Sequence record: NC_048193.1
Strand: one strand, 5' to 3'
Source: Escherichia phage PTXU04
Length of the DNA: 61,600 bases
Below, piece after piece: positions 10,671-21,107 of the stretch. The notes beneath the pieces were generated by a model that saw nothing but the letters and a program-made list of their open reading frames with translations, did no database searches and was not told the origin of the DNA. Made by a program: the position numbers and the translations under genes. Position 1 is the first letter of the stretch; every line of letters begins with the position of its first letter.

Positions 10671-10871
10671 ATGGCTCAGAACAAAGCGTACGGTATGCCG
10701 ATCAACGATAGCGCGACTGGCGTACATGCAAAAGACACTGGCGACGCTAAGTGCGGTCTGTCCAGTCTGGAAAAGTTCAAACCGGAAGAATACCCGGTAA
10801 CTGAACAGGCTCGCTTCTCTGCGGGTCAACGTAACGAAGACGTCGGTGGCGGCTTCAAACTCGTACAGTAA
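10671..10871 (+). CDS. hypothetical small protein
   Basis: 66-aa ORF with GAAGGAGAAG RBS immediately after the capsid hairpin. Confidence 0.4.
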   Translation: MAQNKAYGMPINDSATGVHAKDTGDAKCGLSSLEKFKPEEYPVTEQARFSAGQRNEDVGGGFKLVQ

Positions 10872-10885
10872 TGGAGGCTCGCTAA

Positions 10886-11296
10886 ATGTACTCTTACGAT
10901 AAATCTTTGCTGGCAAGTTACACGCTGGGTACGGCTGGCGCTGTAACGTTTGGAACAACTCCGGCTACCACTCTACCTGTATCGGCCATTGCTGAACTGT
11001 CTCATGACGCCAGCCGCGTGGTTGAAGGTGCGGTAGTTCTCGGTATCTCCGCGATCTACACTTCCGGCACAGGTACTATCTCTGTCGGTGACGGTACCAC
11101 GGCTGACCGTTACGGTGTGTTCACTGTTGACAGCACGTCTACACCGGGTGGCCCGTTGAAGGGTAAACTGGTGCTGACTGAAGAAGGTTATCACATGGGC
11201 GTTTCCAACGACGTCAACACCCCGCAGGTGTTCGTGCTGACCTACTCCGGTGATGCCGTACTGGCTGCCGCTCAAGTCACCGTTGGCCGCTACTAA
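10886..11296 (+). CDS. hypothetical virion protein (beta-rich, Gly/Thr-rich)
   Basis: 136 aa; GGAGG RBS; followed by a strong rho-independent terminator (11315-11340). Confidence 0.45.
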   Translation: MYSYDKSLLASYTLGTAGAVTFGTTPATTLPVSAIAELSHDASRVVEGAVVLGISAIYTSGTGTISVGDGTTADRYGVFTVDSTSTPGGPLKGKLVLTEEGYHMGVSNDVNTPQVFVLTYSGDAVLAAAQVTVGRY

Positions 11297-11376
11297 TTAG
11301 CCGCCTTCCCGATTGGGGTCGCCTTGTGCGGCCCCTTTTTATTATGTATCATTGGAAGACCTATCTGGAGGAAGTG

Positions 11377-11685
11377 ATTATGAAACCATCATACAATCAG
11401 GACGATTCAATTTCGTGGGGCCAGCGTACAGAGTTTGACGTTGACGCCATGAACAGCCAAATGGATTACGGTCGCATGGGTGATTATTTACCACCTTCAG
11501 ACGGTACTCGCGGCGCTGAAGATGACCATCCAAATATTGAGAACTTCAATATTCGTGACGGTTATTTGCAGCATAAAGGTCTGGAATCGTTCCGTCCGCA
11601 CGACGACTGCGGTACGACGGTCAAACCGATGTACGATCAGCAGGCTGTGTACAAAGGCTATGGAGAAAAGAAACGTGGCTATTAA
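11377..11685 (+). CDS. hypothetical protein
   Basis: ORF-track frame 11326-11685; start moved to ATG 11377 with GGAGGAAG RBS. Confidence 0.4.
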   Translation: MMKPSYNQDDSISWGQRTEFDVDAMNSQMDYGRMGDYLPPSDGTRGAEDDHPNIENFNIRDGYLQHKGLESFRPHDDCGTTVKPMYDQQAVYKGYGEKKRGY

Positions 11686-11956
11686 ACTCGATAAAACCAA
11701 ACCGTATGGTGTCATTCGTGGTCAACAGACTGGCGCAGTGAAACTGGCCTTCTATCAGAACGGTCACTACTTCGACCCGAAAGGTGAATATGTTGATCTG
11801 AATCCTACTCCTGTGAAGGAACCGGAAGCGCCAGTAATCCCTGTGAAGGAACCGGAACCGGAAGTGCCAGTGGTAGTTGAAGAACCCGTGGCTGCCGTGA
11901 AACCGAAAGCGAAAGCAAAAGTGCAACTGCCTCCGGGCCTGCCAACTAAGGAGTAA
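11660..11956 (+). CDS. hypothetical Pro/Glu-rich protein
   Basis: Frame of ORF 11480-11956; likely start at ATG 11660 or GTG 11675; C-terminal PEAPVIPVKEPEPEVPVVVEEP linker. Overlaps the upstream gene end. Confidence 0.35.
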   Translation: MEKRNVAIKLDKTKPYGVIRGQQTGAVKLAFYQNGHYFDPKGEYVDLNPTPVKEPEAPVIPVKEPEPEVPVVVEEPVAAVKPKAKAKVQLPPGLPTKE

Positions 11957-11959
11957 GAT

Positions 11960-12622
11960 ATGTCGAATACCCTGTTAGGAATGTCTCAACGAGTTGCCCG
12001 TGACGCAGGGTATTCCGGCAATATCCAGTCGGTAGCTGTGGTGTCCGGCGACGCTGCGCGCATTGTGCAGTATGTGAAGGACGCCACCACTTATATTGAA
12101 AACCTGTGGGGTGACTGGCGCTTCCTGTGGGGCGGTATGCTTGAAGGTACCGTCGATACCGGGGAAACTCATATCGTGCCACCACTCGGTCATTATCGCT
12201 GGGATCAGGCTCGTCTCATGTTTGACAACCACCTGGTCTACCCGGAACTATTTCACAACTTCAGCCCGTACAGCACCATGCTGGAACAGGGATACCCGAC
12301 TCAGTTTGTCATCATGCCGGACTCGTCTATCCAGATGTACCCGCGCCCTGACAAGCAATTCAACTTTCAATTTTCCTGGTACCGTGAGTCCGTAGAGTTG
12401 GTCAACGACTCCGACACTCCGCTGGTACCCGCGCGCTTCTGCAACACAATCGTGGCCTATGCGCTGTGGCTGTATGCAATGTACGACGACGCGGCGGAAC
12501 TGGCAGCCAAGTCTCAGGCCGAATACGACAAATACCTGCGCCTGCTTGAAGCTGACCAACGTCCTGACGGTTTCCCAACCAACCAGTCGTCCGGTAACTT
12601 CTTCTCTATTTCAGCGAGCTAA
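11960..12622 (+). CDS. virion structural protein (tail tube A-like by position)
   Basis: 220 aa; strong AAGGAG RBS; sits directly before a 756-aa protein, the arrangement of podovirus tail tubular proteins A/B. Positional inference. Confidence 0.45.
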   Translation: MSNTLLGMSQRVARDAGYSGNIQSVAVVSGDAARIVQYVKDATTYIENLWGDWRFLWGGMLEGTVDTGETHIVPPLGHYRWDQARLMFDNHLVYPELFHNFSPYSTMLEQGYPTQFVIMPDSSIQMYPRPDKQFNFQFSWYRESVELVNDSDTPLVPARFCNTIVAYALWLYAMYDDAAELAAKSQAEYDKYLRLLEADQRPDGFPTNQSSGNFFSISAS

Positions 12623-12625
12623 ATC

Positions 12626-14896
12626 ATGGCTAATTATGATCGCTTTGCATTGCAAGGTGGCCTCGACACGGCCACTCCTTATCTCAGCCGCCAGCCCGGT
12701 ACGCTGACTGCCGCCACAAACTTCTCCCCTGAGACGGATGGCGGCTATGCGCTTGAGGCTGGTTACGAACGTTTCGACGGTCAGCCAGCACCGAGCGAGA
12801 CTGTGGTGTACAGCCTCAACATGACGGACGATGTTACAGGTCTGCTACCGGGTGACGTTATCACAGGATCAACGTCCGGCGCGGTAGCAACTGTCGGCGC
12901 GGTTTTCGGTAAAGAAATCTGGTGTGATGTCACTAATGGTGTCACATTCATGCCGGGTGAGAATATCGGCGCTAACGTTATCGAGTACCTCTCAACGGAA
13001 GCTATTGACCAACGCAGCTACAGTCCGACAGCTACACGCACTACGATTCTGTTGATGTCACCGCTGGCGGCTAACACACTGGAAGTCGGCGATGCGTTAC
13101 TGGGCTTATCCTCAGCCGCTACAGTGGAAGTGAACATCATCAAAGTTACCAACGCTGACATGTGGGTATACGTGTCCACGCTGGCTGGCGCGGTGCAGAT
13201 TGGCGAGACGATGGTGAAGGGTGATGGTACCGAGTACAAGGTTAACGGTGAGTACGAAGTGGAACCTATGCTGGCCTCCCCGGATACTCCCGCAGGTGTC
13301 TTCTTTTACCTGAGCGAATTACGTCGCGCTAAGATTGGTGTGGTGCCGGGTATCAACAGTGTGCGCGGTGTATGGGATCTGGAAGGTGTCGTGTACTCGT
13401 TCCGTGACGCTGACGCCGACAGCACCAAAATGTACCGCAGTACGGTGACAGGCTGGCAGGAAGTCGACCTGGGCTTTACGATGGGATGGGATACGCGCCC
13501 GTCTACAACCACTGACGATGAACTCGGTCCGGGTGATTCAATCCGTGGTGTGACGTCCGGCGCTACGGCAACCGTCGGCTGGGTAGGTTACATCGCTCAG
13601 GATCACTCGTCAGGCTACCTGACGTTCACCAACGTGACCGGAACGTTCCAGGCGGGTGAAGTAATTCGCAACGACACGTACAGCGTCGACATTGGTGAAG
13701 TGACTGCGGCGGCCACGGCTAACGTACTCCCGGCTAACGGTCTGTACCGTTTCACCAACCACAACTTCTTCGGCGGTCTGAACACCTTCGCAATGTACGG
13801 CGTGAACGGTGTCGGTAACGGTTTCGTATACAACGAGACGAACGGCTTCTCATTCATCCCGACGCAGGCAGATACGGATACACCGTTCGACGTGGTTGAA
13901 TACAAAGACCACTTATTCTATGCGTTCCCGAAAGGTAGCCTGCAACACAGCGTGCTGGGTAGTCCGATGGACTGGAGCGGTGGCCTCGGCGCACTGGCGG
14001 TCGGCGTAGGTTCGGAAATCTCTTCACTGATTCCGGCACCAAAATCGCTTATTATTTGTACAGAGAAAGACATCCAAAGTCTTGAGGGGAGCAGCATCGA
14101 TGACTGGCAAAAAGAGGTTATTACTCAGCATACTGGTATCTCTAAATTTACTGGGGTGTACCAGTCTCAATCACTCGTACTCGCCCAGGCAGGTATCATT
14201 AGTATCGACCGGACTGACCAATTTGGTAACTTTAGCGACGGTACTATCAGCGACATCATCCGAGACACCATCGTACCTAACTATTCTCGCTGCACTTGCG
14301 CAATGGCAAGGAAGAGTCGAGGGCAGTACAGACTACATTTCGAGGGAGACGTCAACATTGCCCTTTCCACTAACCAGGGGAATGTGATCGGCTTCTCGAT
14401 GTTTGACTACGGCGGTCTGACGGTGCGTACGGCGGTCAACCCGTACGGTCGTATCTTCTTCATTTCGGACACCGGATACGTCTATCAGGATTCCGTAGGG
14501 GCCAGTAACGATGGTGGTGAACGGTCATCTGTATTCCGCACATCCTTCGCCAACCAGGGTGACCCGGATACTCGCAAGCGGTACCGCCGTATGGACATGA
14601 GTATCCGTGCTCAATCTTACCTTAACGCGCGTGTCGTTTTCTCGTACAATAAAGGCGCATCCACGCCGCAGGCATCGGTCGAATCTGGCCTGTTAGTGTC
14701 CGGCGGCGGACGCTGGGATTTGTCGCTGTGGGGGCAAGTCTACTGGGATGCCACGGAAAACCCGACAATCTCGTCTGACATTGACGGTTTAGGTTTTGAC
14801 ATCAGCACCATGCTGTACATCCGGTCACGAATCCATCCGCAGTTTACCGCAGAGGATTTATCATTCGAATGGTCACCACGTAGAAAGGTACGATAA
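12626..14896 (+). CDS. virion structural protein (tail tube B-like by position)
   Basis: 756-aa beta-rich protein between the 220-aa protein and the fibers. Confidence 0.45.
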   Translation: MANYDRFALQGGLDTATPYLSRQPGTLTAATNFSPETDGGYALEAGYERFDGQPAPSETVVYSLNMTDDVTGLLPGDVITGSTSGAVATVGAVFGKEIWCDVTNGVTFMPGENIGANVIEYLSTEAIDQRSYSPTATRTTILLMSPLAANTLEVGDALLGLSSAATVEVNIIKVTNADMWVYVSTLAGAVQIGETMVKGDGTEYKVNGEYEVEPMLASPDTPAGVFFYLSELRRAKIGVVPGINSVRGVWDLEGVVYSFRDADADSTKMYRSTVTGWQEVDLGFTMGWDTRPSTTTDDELGPGDSIRGVTSGATATVGWVGYIAQDHSSGYLTFTNVTGTFQAGEVIRNDTYSVDIGEVTAAATANVLPANGLYRFTNHNFFGGLNTFAMYGVNGVGNGFVYNETNGFSFIPTQADTDTPFDVVEYKDHLFYAFPKGSLQHSVLGSPMDWSGGLGALAVGVGSEISSLIPAPKSLIICTEKDIQSLEGSSIDDWQKEVITQHTGISKFTGVYQSQSLVLAQAGIISIDRTDQFGNFSDGTISDIIRDTIVPNYSRCTCAMARKSRGQYRLHFEGDVNIALSTNQGNVIGFSMFDYGGLTVRTAVNPYGRIFFISDTGYVYQDSVGASNDGGERSSVFRTSFANQGDPDTRKRYRRMDMSIRAQSYLNARVVFSYNKGASTPQASVESGLLVSGGGRWDLSLWGQVYWDATENPTISSDIDGLGFDISTMLYIRSRIHPQFTAEDLSFEWSPRRKVR

Positions 14897-16521
14897 TGGC
14901 TAACACTTATTTCAACTACATGGACCCGGTAGAACCGGGCGACCGTCTGGAGTCGAACAAATACAACGGTGACTTCTCCGCGATCGCCCGTGCTTTCGAC
15001 ATTCTACCGTCGCCAGATGCGCTGGCCTCCAACACCGGAAACTATGCCCGGTCACAGGGTACATCCACGGCGTACACAGTAACCCTCCCGCGCTTCGATG
15101 GTAGCTTCGGTTACATCACGGGTATGCAGGTGTTGCTCAACATTCACGTCAACAACACCGGGGCGGCCACGCTCAACATTAACGGACTCGGCCCTAAGCC
15201 ACTCGTCAACCTGACTACCGCGCTCGGCCCACTGGTGGCTAATGATCTGCGTGCAGGTACCATCTATTCCATCCGTTATGATGGTACCCGTTTCCAGGTA
15301 GTCAACACTGTTTCCGGTGCCGTAAACGCATCGCAGACCGCAGCTACCCAGGCAACTACTGCCGCCACAAACGCTGGTACGTCCGCCACAAACGCAGCAG
15401 CCAGCGCCAGCGCCGCAGCGACAAGCGCGAGTAACGCAGCAGCCAGTGCCAGTACCGCATCTTCAGGTGTTACCGCCGCTGCAAACTCTGCCAGCGCCGC
15501 ATCAACATCTGCAACCAACGCCGCAAACTCTGCGTCTGCGGCAAACACATCTGCGGGTAACGCCGCCAGCAGCGCCACGGCAGCATCCGGCAGCGCCACG
15601 GCAGCGGCAAACTCTGCCACGGCAGCATCCGGCAGCGCCAGTACCGCTAACACTCGCGCTACGGCAGCGGCAGCAAGTGCTACGGCAGCAGCAAACTCCG
15701 CAACTCAGGCAGCGGCCAGTGCTCAGACTGCACTCAATGCTATCGGCGACGCGTCGTTCAAAGCGGCGGTGATGGGTGTCCTGTTGACCAGTTCGCTGGA
15801 CGTGGGTACCGTCAAGTTCTATGCGCTGAACATTGACCCTAATGTCAAATATCCCGGTACCACCTGGGTACGACTGCCCGTGTCCCAAAGCATCCGCACA
15901 TCCCTGGCCGACGCAAGTGACGTCATGACCACGGTAGGTGCTGACACTGTGACACTGGTAACAGCCAACATCCCGTCACACAGTCACACGGGTACAGCGA
16001 CGATTGCCAGTACGGATTTGGGTAACAAGACGTCAACCAGCTTTGACTACGGTACCAAAACATCCAGCACCAAAGACTACGGTAACCTTACGTCATCCAG
16101 CTTTGACTACGGTAACCTTACGTCATCCAGCTACGATTACGGCAATGCCACATCAAGCGCCGCAGGTAGTCACAGTCATACAGTACCCGCTATTATCGGT
16201 ACCGGTACTACACCATCGCTCAAATCAGCAGCAAACGACTCATCGTCTGCGGGTAACGTCGCCACATCCAGCGTTGGTAACCACACGCATACGTTCGACC
16301 TACCGTCACACAACCACACTGTTGGTATCGGCTCACATACACACACCGTGTCGTTGGGTACACACAGTCACACTGTAGCGGTGGGAAGCCACAGTCACAC
16401 CGTAGCGGTGGGAAGTCACAACCATACAGTGACAGCCAGCATCGGTAACACGGGTACTGGTCAGGCTTTCAGCATCGTGGCAAACTCTACTATCCTTGTC
16501 GGCTGGAGACGTACCGCATGA
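14896..16521 (+). CDS. tail fiber-like protein 1 (Ala/Ser-repeat shaft, His-X-His-X repeat tip)
   Basis: 541 aa; N-terminus MANTYFNYMDPVEPG similar to the next gene; long AANSASAA-type repeats; C-terminal SHSHTV/GSHSHTVAVGSHSHTVAVGSHNHTV repeats. Confidence 0.6.
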   Translation: MANTYFNYMDPVEPGDRLESNKYNGDFSAIARAFDILPSPDALASNTGNYARSQGTSTAYTVTLPRFDGSFGYITGMQVLLNIHVNNTGAATLNINGLGPKPLVNLTTALGPLVANDLRAGTIYSIRYDGTRFQVVNTVSGAVNASQTAATQATTAATNAGTSATNAAASASAAATSASNAAASASTASSGVTAAANSASAASTSATNAANSASAANTSAGNAASSATAASGSATAAANSATAASGSASTANTRATAAAASATAAANSATQAAASAQTALNAIGDASFKAAVMGVLLTSSLDVGTVKFYALNIDPNVKYPGTTWVRLPVSQSIRTSLADASDVMTTVGADTVTLVTANIPSHSHTGTATIASTDLGNKTSTSFDYGTKTSSTKDYGNLTSSSFDYGNLTSSSYDYGNATSSAAGSHSHTVPAIIGTGTTPSLKSAANDSSSAGNVATSSVGNHTHTFDLPSHNHTVGIGSHTHTVSLGTHSHTVAVGSHSHTVAVGSHNHTVTASIGNTGTGQAFSIVANSTILVGWRRTA

Positions 16522-18134
16522 GTAACCAATATTACAACTTTATCAATCCGGCTGAAGCGGGTACGATTGTCGACCCGTTCGACTACAACCGTGAGATGGA
16601 AAAGATCACCGAGGCTTTCTCGGTGGTCCCGCCTGCTTCCCAGTTAACTTCCGGTACCCTGAACTACTCAACGGATACGGGTACCGGGAATGATCACATC
16701 GCCACGCTGGATGACTTTGATACCGACTATGTTGCCGGGAGTAACGTTGCGCTCCGAATCAATGACGCGTCTACCGGACCGTCTACCCTGAGTGTAAACG
16801 GGCTGGCCGCTAAAGACGTCACGCTGTCTGTGTTCGGCGCTGTGGCGGCAGGTGACCTGTTTGCTGAAGGTGTCTATACCTTCGTATTCAACGGTGAGCG
16901 TTTCCAGATTCTGGAGATGGGCGCACGCTATTACACTACCGCCTTCGAACAGCTTTCAATCGCCCAGGCTAAAGCTGCACTCGCGGCGGCCAGTGAAGCT
17001 GCGGCACTGAGTGAGCGTAACGCAGCAGCAGCGTCGGCGGCAAACGCCCTCACGTCAGCAAACGCTATTACCGCGTCCAAAGATGCAGCAGCAGGTAGCG
17101 CTACGTCTGCGGCAAACTCTGCGTCGGCAGCAGCAGGTAGCGCTACGTCTGCGGCAAACTCTGCGTCGGCAGCCAACACCTCTGCGGTCAACTCCGCGTC
17201 AAGCGCAACGGCGGCGGCAAACTCCGCAACGGCGGCGGCAAACTCCGCGACGGCTTCCGACGCCAGCGCAACGGCGGCGGCAAACTCCGCAACAGCAGCA
17301 GCAGGTAGCGCGGCGGACGCAGCAACTTACGCACAGGAAGCTATCGACATCGTTAACGCGCCGAACTTTCTCGACCGCGTGCAGGCGGCTATTCTTGAAC
17401 TGGAACTGTTCCCCGGCTGTACCGAGTTCTTTGACGCTGACATCGATCCTAACGTTAAGTATCCGGGTACCACATGGGTACGCTTACCAGCGTCGACATC
17501 ATTACGTATGTCCAACGCCACGGGCAGTGACGTTAACGGAACGACAGGCGCTGACAGTGTGACACTTTCGACAAACAACCTGGCCTCGCACAACCATTCA
17601 GTGACAATGGGTACCGTGAGCAGCACCGACCTGGGTACCGACACTCTGGCATCTGTTGACCTGGGTACCGACACTCTGGCTAACACTACCATCGCAGCGA
17701 AGACCACATCCAGCTTCGACTATGGTACCAAAACGGCATCAGGTTACGATCCCGGTGCGATTTCCACCAGTGGTGCTGGCGGCCACAGTCACACGTTTAC
17801 GGCGTATACCGCAGACGGATCGGGAGTGAGAATACGCTCAGCAGCGAACGACTCGACGTCTGCGGGTAACGTCACCACATCAAGTGCTGGTAACCACACG
17901 CACACTGTAGCTTTAGGTGCGCACACGCACACTGTAGCTTTAGGTGCGCACACTCACACCTTCCCGGTCGGCAGTCACACGCACACTGTAGCTTTGGGAG
18001 CGCACAGCCACACAGTGGCTTACGGCAGTCACGGACATAGTGCCACATTGTCGTTAAGCAACACTGGTTCCGGTACGTCCTTTGGCGTGGTAGAATCGTC
18101 TCTAATCTTAGTTGCATGGTACAGGAGCGCATAA
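16518..18134 (+). CDS. tail fiber-like protein 2 (paralog of 14896-16521)
   Basis: 538 aa; N-terminus MSNQYYNFINPAEAG; Ala/Ser repeats including a perfect 42-bp tandem DNA repeat; C-terminal LGAHTHTVALGAHTHTVALGAHTHTF repeats. Confidence 0.6.
   Translation: MSNQYYNFINPAEAGTIVDPFDYNREMEKITEAFSVVPPASQLTSGTLNYSTDTGTGNDHIATLDDFDTDYVAGSNVALRINDASTGPSTLSVNGLAAKDVTLSVFGAVAAGDLFAEGVYTFVFNGERFQILEMGARYYTTAFEQLSIAQAKAALAAASEAAALSERNAAAASAANALTSANAITASKDAAAGSATSAANSASAAAGSATSAANSASAANTSAVNSASSATAAANSATAAANSATASDASATAAANSATAAAGSAADAATYAQEAIDIVNAPNFLDRVQAAILELELFPGCTEFFDADIDPNVKYPGTTWVRLPASTSLRMSNATGSDVNGTTGADSVTLSTNNLASHNHSVTMGTVSSTDLGTDTLASVDLGTDTLANTTIAAKTTSSFDYGTKTASGYDPGAISTSGAGGHSHTFTAYTADGSGVRIRSAANDSTSAGNVTTSSAGNHTHTVALGAHTHTVALGAHTHTFPVGSHTHTVALGAHSHTVAYGSHGHSATLSLSNTGSGTSFGVVESSLILVAWYRSA
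17089..17172. repeat. perfect 42-bp tandem duplication inside fiber gene 2
   Basis: cagcaggtagcgctacgtctgcggcaaactctgcgtcggcag occurs twice back to back (17089-17130, 17131-17172). Confidence 0.7.
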
Positions 18135-19267
18135 TGTCAGGATTAACTAACCCGGCACAGTCGGATAGCACCACTACTAACCAGCCGGATCAGGTGCTCG
18201 CTACGAGCACCCCTTCGTCCACGTCCGGTGCGCTGGGTGCGAGCAACATTCAGAACGACGCGTCACAGCAGTCGAATGTGGCCTCGTCAATGGCGCAGGC
18301 GGCACAGGCTCAGCAGCAGCAGCAACAGCCGCAGCAGCAGCAGGCGGTACCCGTTGCGTCACAGCCAGCACCGCAGCAGGTGACCAATGGTGCCGTAGCA
18401 AACAACAATAACGCCAACGCCGCCAACAACTACCAGACTGTGGACCAGGCGTACAGCCAGTTGACCGCACAGAATAGCCCGATGATGCAGCAGGCAGCGG
18501 CTACGGCCCAGCGTCAGGCAGCACGTCGCGGTATGGGTAACTCGTCTATGGCTGTCGGCATGGGTCAGGCGGCCACGGATGCGGCTGCACAAAACATGGC
18601 GTCACAGATGGCTACCCAGTCGCAAGGTCAAGCGCAGTACAATCGCAGCCAGACGGAAGCTGAACGCGCCAAGCAGGTACAAGAAGGTCAGACGGATCGT
18701 CAATTGACAGAAGCCGAACGTGCCGCCCTGGTGCAAGAAGGGCAAGGACAACAGCAAATCACCAACCAGGCGTCACAGTTCGCACAGTCTTTAGAAGAAC
18801 AGATTCGTTCCGGTAAGGTCAGCGAGCAGCAAGCCCAGCAGCAGATCAACAACCAGGCGTCACAGTTCAGCCAAAGCCTGGCCGAGCAAATCCGCTCCGG
18901 TAAAGTGACGGAAGCGCAGGCTGCCGAGCAGATTAAGAATCAGGCGTCGCAGTTTAAAGATTCCCTGAAGCAACAACAGTTTGAGTTCAACGCCAACCTC
19001 GGTCTGGAGAACGCCAAGCTGAAGCAGGACGCCGCACAGTTCGCAACGTCTATTCAGGCTAACGCCCGTGGCAGCTATACGGACTCGGTGAACAACCTGT
19101 TAAACAACAGTTCGGTGAACATCAACAATATTTCTTCCAACCCGGATTTGACCACGGACCAGAAGAACAAGCTGATCTCGCAGGAACTGAGCAACCGTAA
19201 CAATGACCTGAAGTATTTGCAGTCACTTTATGGTAACGTTACATCCTGGTCCGACAAACTGAAATAA
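18116..19267 (+). CDS. Gln-rich repeat protein (possible internal virion protein)
   Basis: 383 aa; QQQQQQPQQQQ run; three tandem peptide repeats NQASQF-QSL-EQIRSGKV. Confidence 0.5.
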   Translation: MVQERIMSGLTNPAQSDSTTTNQPDQVLATSTPSSTSGALGASNIQNDASQQSNVASSMAQAAQAQQQQQQPQQQQAVPVASQPAPQQVTNGAVANNNNANAANNYQTVDQAYSQLTAQNSPMMQQAAATAQRQAARRGMGNSSMAVGMGQAATDAAAQNMASQMATQSQGQAQYNRSQTEAERAKQVQEGQTDRQLTEAERAALVQEGQGQQQITNQASQFAQSLEEQIRSGKVSEQQAQQQINNQASQFSQSLAEQIRSGKVTEAQAAEQIKNQASQFKDSLKQQQFEFNANLGLENAKLKQDAAQFATSIQANARGSYTDSVNNLLNNSSVNINNISSNPDLTTDQKNKLISQELSNRNNDLKYLQSLYGNVTSWSDKLK

Positions 19268-19276
19268 GGGGCGGCT

Positions 19277-19579
19277 ATGAGTTTCTTCGGTAGTTTTCTC
19301 GATACGGCGTCCAGCGCTTTCAACTGGCTGAGCAACAACAAGGCGGCACTGGATTTAATCTCCGGTGCTGCAAAAGGTTACGGTGCTTACATGCAGTACA
19401 AGCAGGGTAACCAGCAAATGAAATTGATGCAGAAGCAGCAGGAGAACGAGCAGCGTCGCTGGAATGATACGCACGGTGTCATCGACAGTTACGACAACTC
19501 TATCCCTCCGGGGCAGCAGGCTAACTCTGCGTTACTGTCAGGCAGCATGGCCGACGCAATGAAGCAAGGAGTTAAATAA
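19277..19579 (+). CDS. hypothetical protein
   Basis: 100-aa ORF; translationally coupled to flanking genes. Confidence 0.45.
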   Translation: MSFFGSFLDTASSAFNWLSNNKAALDLISGAAKGYGAYMQYKQGNQQMKLMQKQQENEQRRWNDTHGVIDSYDNSIPPGQQANSALLSGSMADAMKQGVK

Positions 19580-20535
19580 TGGCACAGGCACAAGGCGGTA
19601 CCGCAGGTAGCTCATCAACCCGTGGCAACGGCAGCTTATCGGCTGGCGCATCTTCGCGTGGCGGCGGCTTAGGCGGTGGCCTCGGTGGTAGCAACGGCGG
19701 CAGCAATAACGCGGGTAACAGCAAAGGTAACGCTGCGTCGAGCAATGCGGCCAGTGGGGCTTCAGCAGGCGCAGCAGCGGCAGGCGCAACGGCGGCAGCG
19801 GCAGGTGACTCTAAGCAGACTGGCGGCAGCCTCATGGGCGGTCTGAAGTCGGCGGTGGATAGCGCACGTTCTTCACGCACCGCAGCAGCCGCACCGTCAA
19901 CCAGCGCACCACAAGGTACTTTGTCGGCGTCCGACGTTGCAGGCATTGACAGCGAAAGCCATTCAGCCGCTGCGAACCTGGCAGCACGCGATCAAGGTTT
20001 CCGTGACACAGCTAACGCTAAGACCACCGCAGCAACAATGGGCGGCCTCGGTATGGCTGGTAGTCTCGTAGGCAATCTTGCCAGTAAACTGACAGCAGCG
20101 GCAGCACCGACTGAAGGTAGCGACCTGAGCGCTAACCACAACGTTGGTAAGGCGTGGGCTAACAGCGTCGGTCCCAGCAAAACTGTGAGCATGGCTGCAA
20201 GCCTGGCTGGCGGTATTCTCGGCGGTCCTATCGGTTCCGCACTGGCTGGCTTCGCGCTGGGTATTGCTAACGATCAGGCGGCCAAAGCAGCTAACCCGCA
20301 AGCGATGGCCGCTACACCACAGCAGATTGCCAACCGCGCTACGTTCGGTCAGCAGGCGGGTACCAGCAGTTCCGATCAGTACGATGCGACTGGTGCTAGT
20401 TCCGGTACCAACAATAGCAGCAACATGATGTCATCCATGAGCGCCGCCGCTCAACCGGGCGCTGGCTTCCAGGCGGCTGACGATTTCAGCGAGCAGCGTA
20501 AAGTGGACAACCTCAACTTAGGGAGCATCATCTAA
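19579..20535 (+). CDS. Gly/Ala/Ser-rich low-complexity protein
   Basis: 318 aa; GGGLGGGLGGSNGGSNNAGN and poly-Ala tracts. Confidence 0.45.
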   Translation: MAQAQGGTAGSSSTRGNGSLSAGASSRGGGLGGGLGGSNGGSNNAGNSKGNAASSNAASGASAGAAAAGATAAAAGDSKQTGGSLMGGLKSAVDSARSSRTAAAAPSTSAPQGTLSASDVAGIDSESHSAAANLAARDQGFRDTANAKTTAATMGGLGMAGSLVGNLASKLTAAAAPTEGSDLSANHNVGKAWANSVGPSKTVSMAASLAGGILGGPIGSALAGFALGIANDQAAKAANPQAMAATPQQIANRATFGQQAGTSSSDQYDATGASSGTNNSSNMMSSMSAAAQPGAGFQAADDFSEQRKVDNLNLGSII

Positions 20536-21092
20536 TGGGCGTTAGTCAGGAATATATCGATCAGCAGAAATACTACGCTGACGCAGTACAGGCATACAAA
20601 GCCAACGGTATGAGCCACAACGCAGCCTGGAAAAAGGCGGAAGCTGACTGGGCCGCAGGTGAACGTAACGTTGCCCGGAACGCGGATACCACAGGTTACA
20701 AGCCTCAGAACGCTGATACCAAAGCGTCACAGGGTGTTGTCCCGGCGTCACAGCGTAACGAAGATGGTACCCCCATCAACACGGCAAGCTCCGGTAGTAA
20801 CAGTAGTGGCAACTCTACTGAAGCCGTGCGCTACCGTGGTTCAACATCACAGACTCGCGTGGGTACCGATACCCGTGTGCGTGGTGGTACCGAAGCATCC
20901 AAAGCTGGTCAGGGTATGGGTAACACCGATCAGGGTATGGCTGCGGCAATGAAGAGTGCCACAGGCAAACAATTCGCTGACTCCAGTGACGTTCAACCCG
21001 TGGCCTCCAAGCAGAACGCATGGCAGGGAAACCGGACTCCGGTTAATCTGGCTTCCGTACAGCAACGTGTGTTAAAGTCTATCGGTCAATAA
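20535..21092 (+). CDS. hypothetical protein
   Basis: 185 aa; coupled start (ATG overlaps upstream stop). Confidence 0.45.
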   Translation: MGVSQEYIDQQKYYADAVQAYKANGMSHNAAWKKAEADWAAGERNVARNADTTGYKPQNADTKASQGVVPASQRNEDGTPINTASSGSNSSGNSTEAVRYRGSTSQTRVGTDTRVRGGTEASKAGQGMGNTDQGMAAAMKSATGKQFADSSDVQPVASKQNAWQGNRTPVNLASVQQRVLKSIGQ

Positions 21093-21107
21093 ATTAAGGG
21101 GCGAATT

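Noticed and set aside
15276-17707. Several ORFs (15276-15653, 15446-15772, 15502-15888, 16931-17191, 17011-17562, 17327-17707) inside the two fiber genes
   Set aside because: They arise from Ala/Ser/Thr repeat DNA read in other frames or antisense; highly biased products (poly-A/R/Q/P); the fiber frames are continuous and have conserved N- and C-termini.
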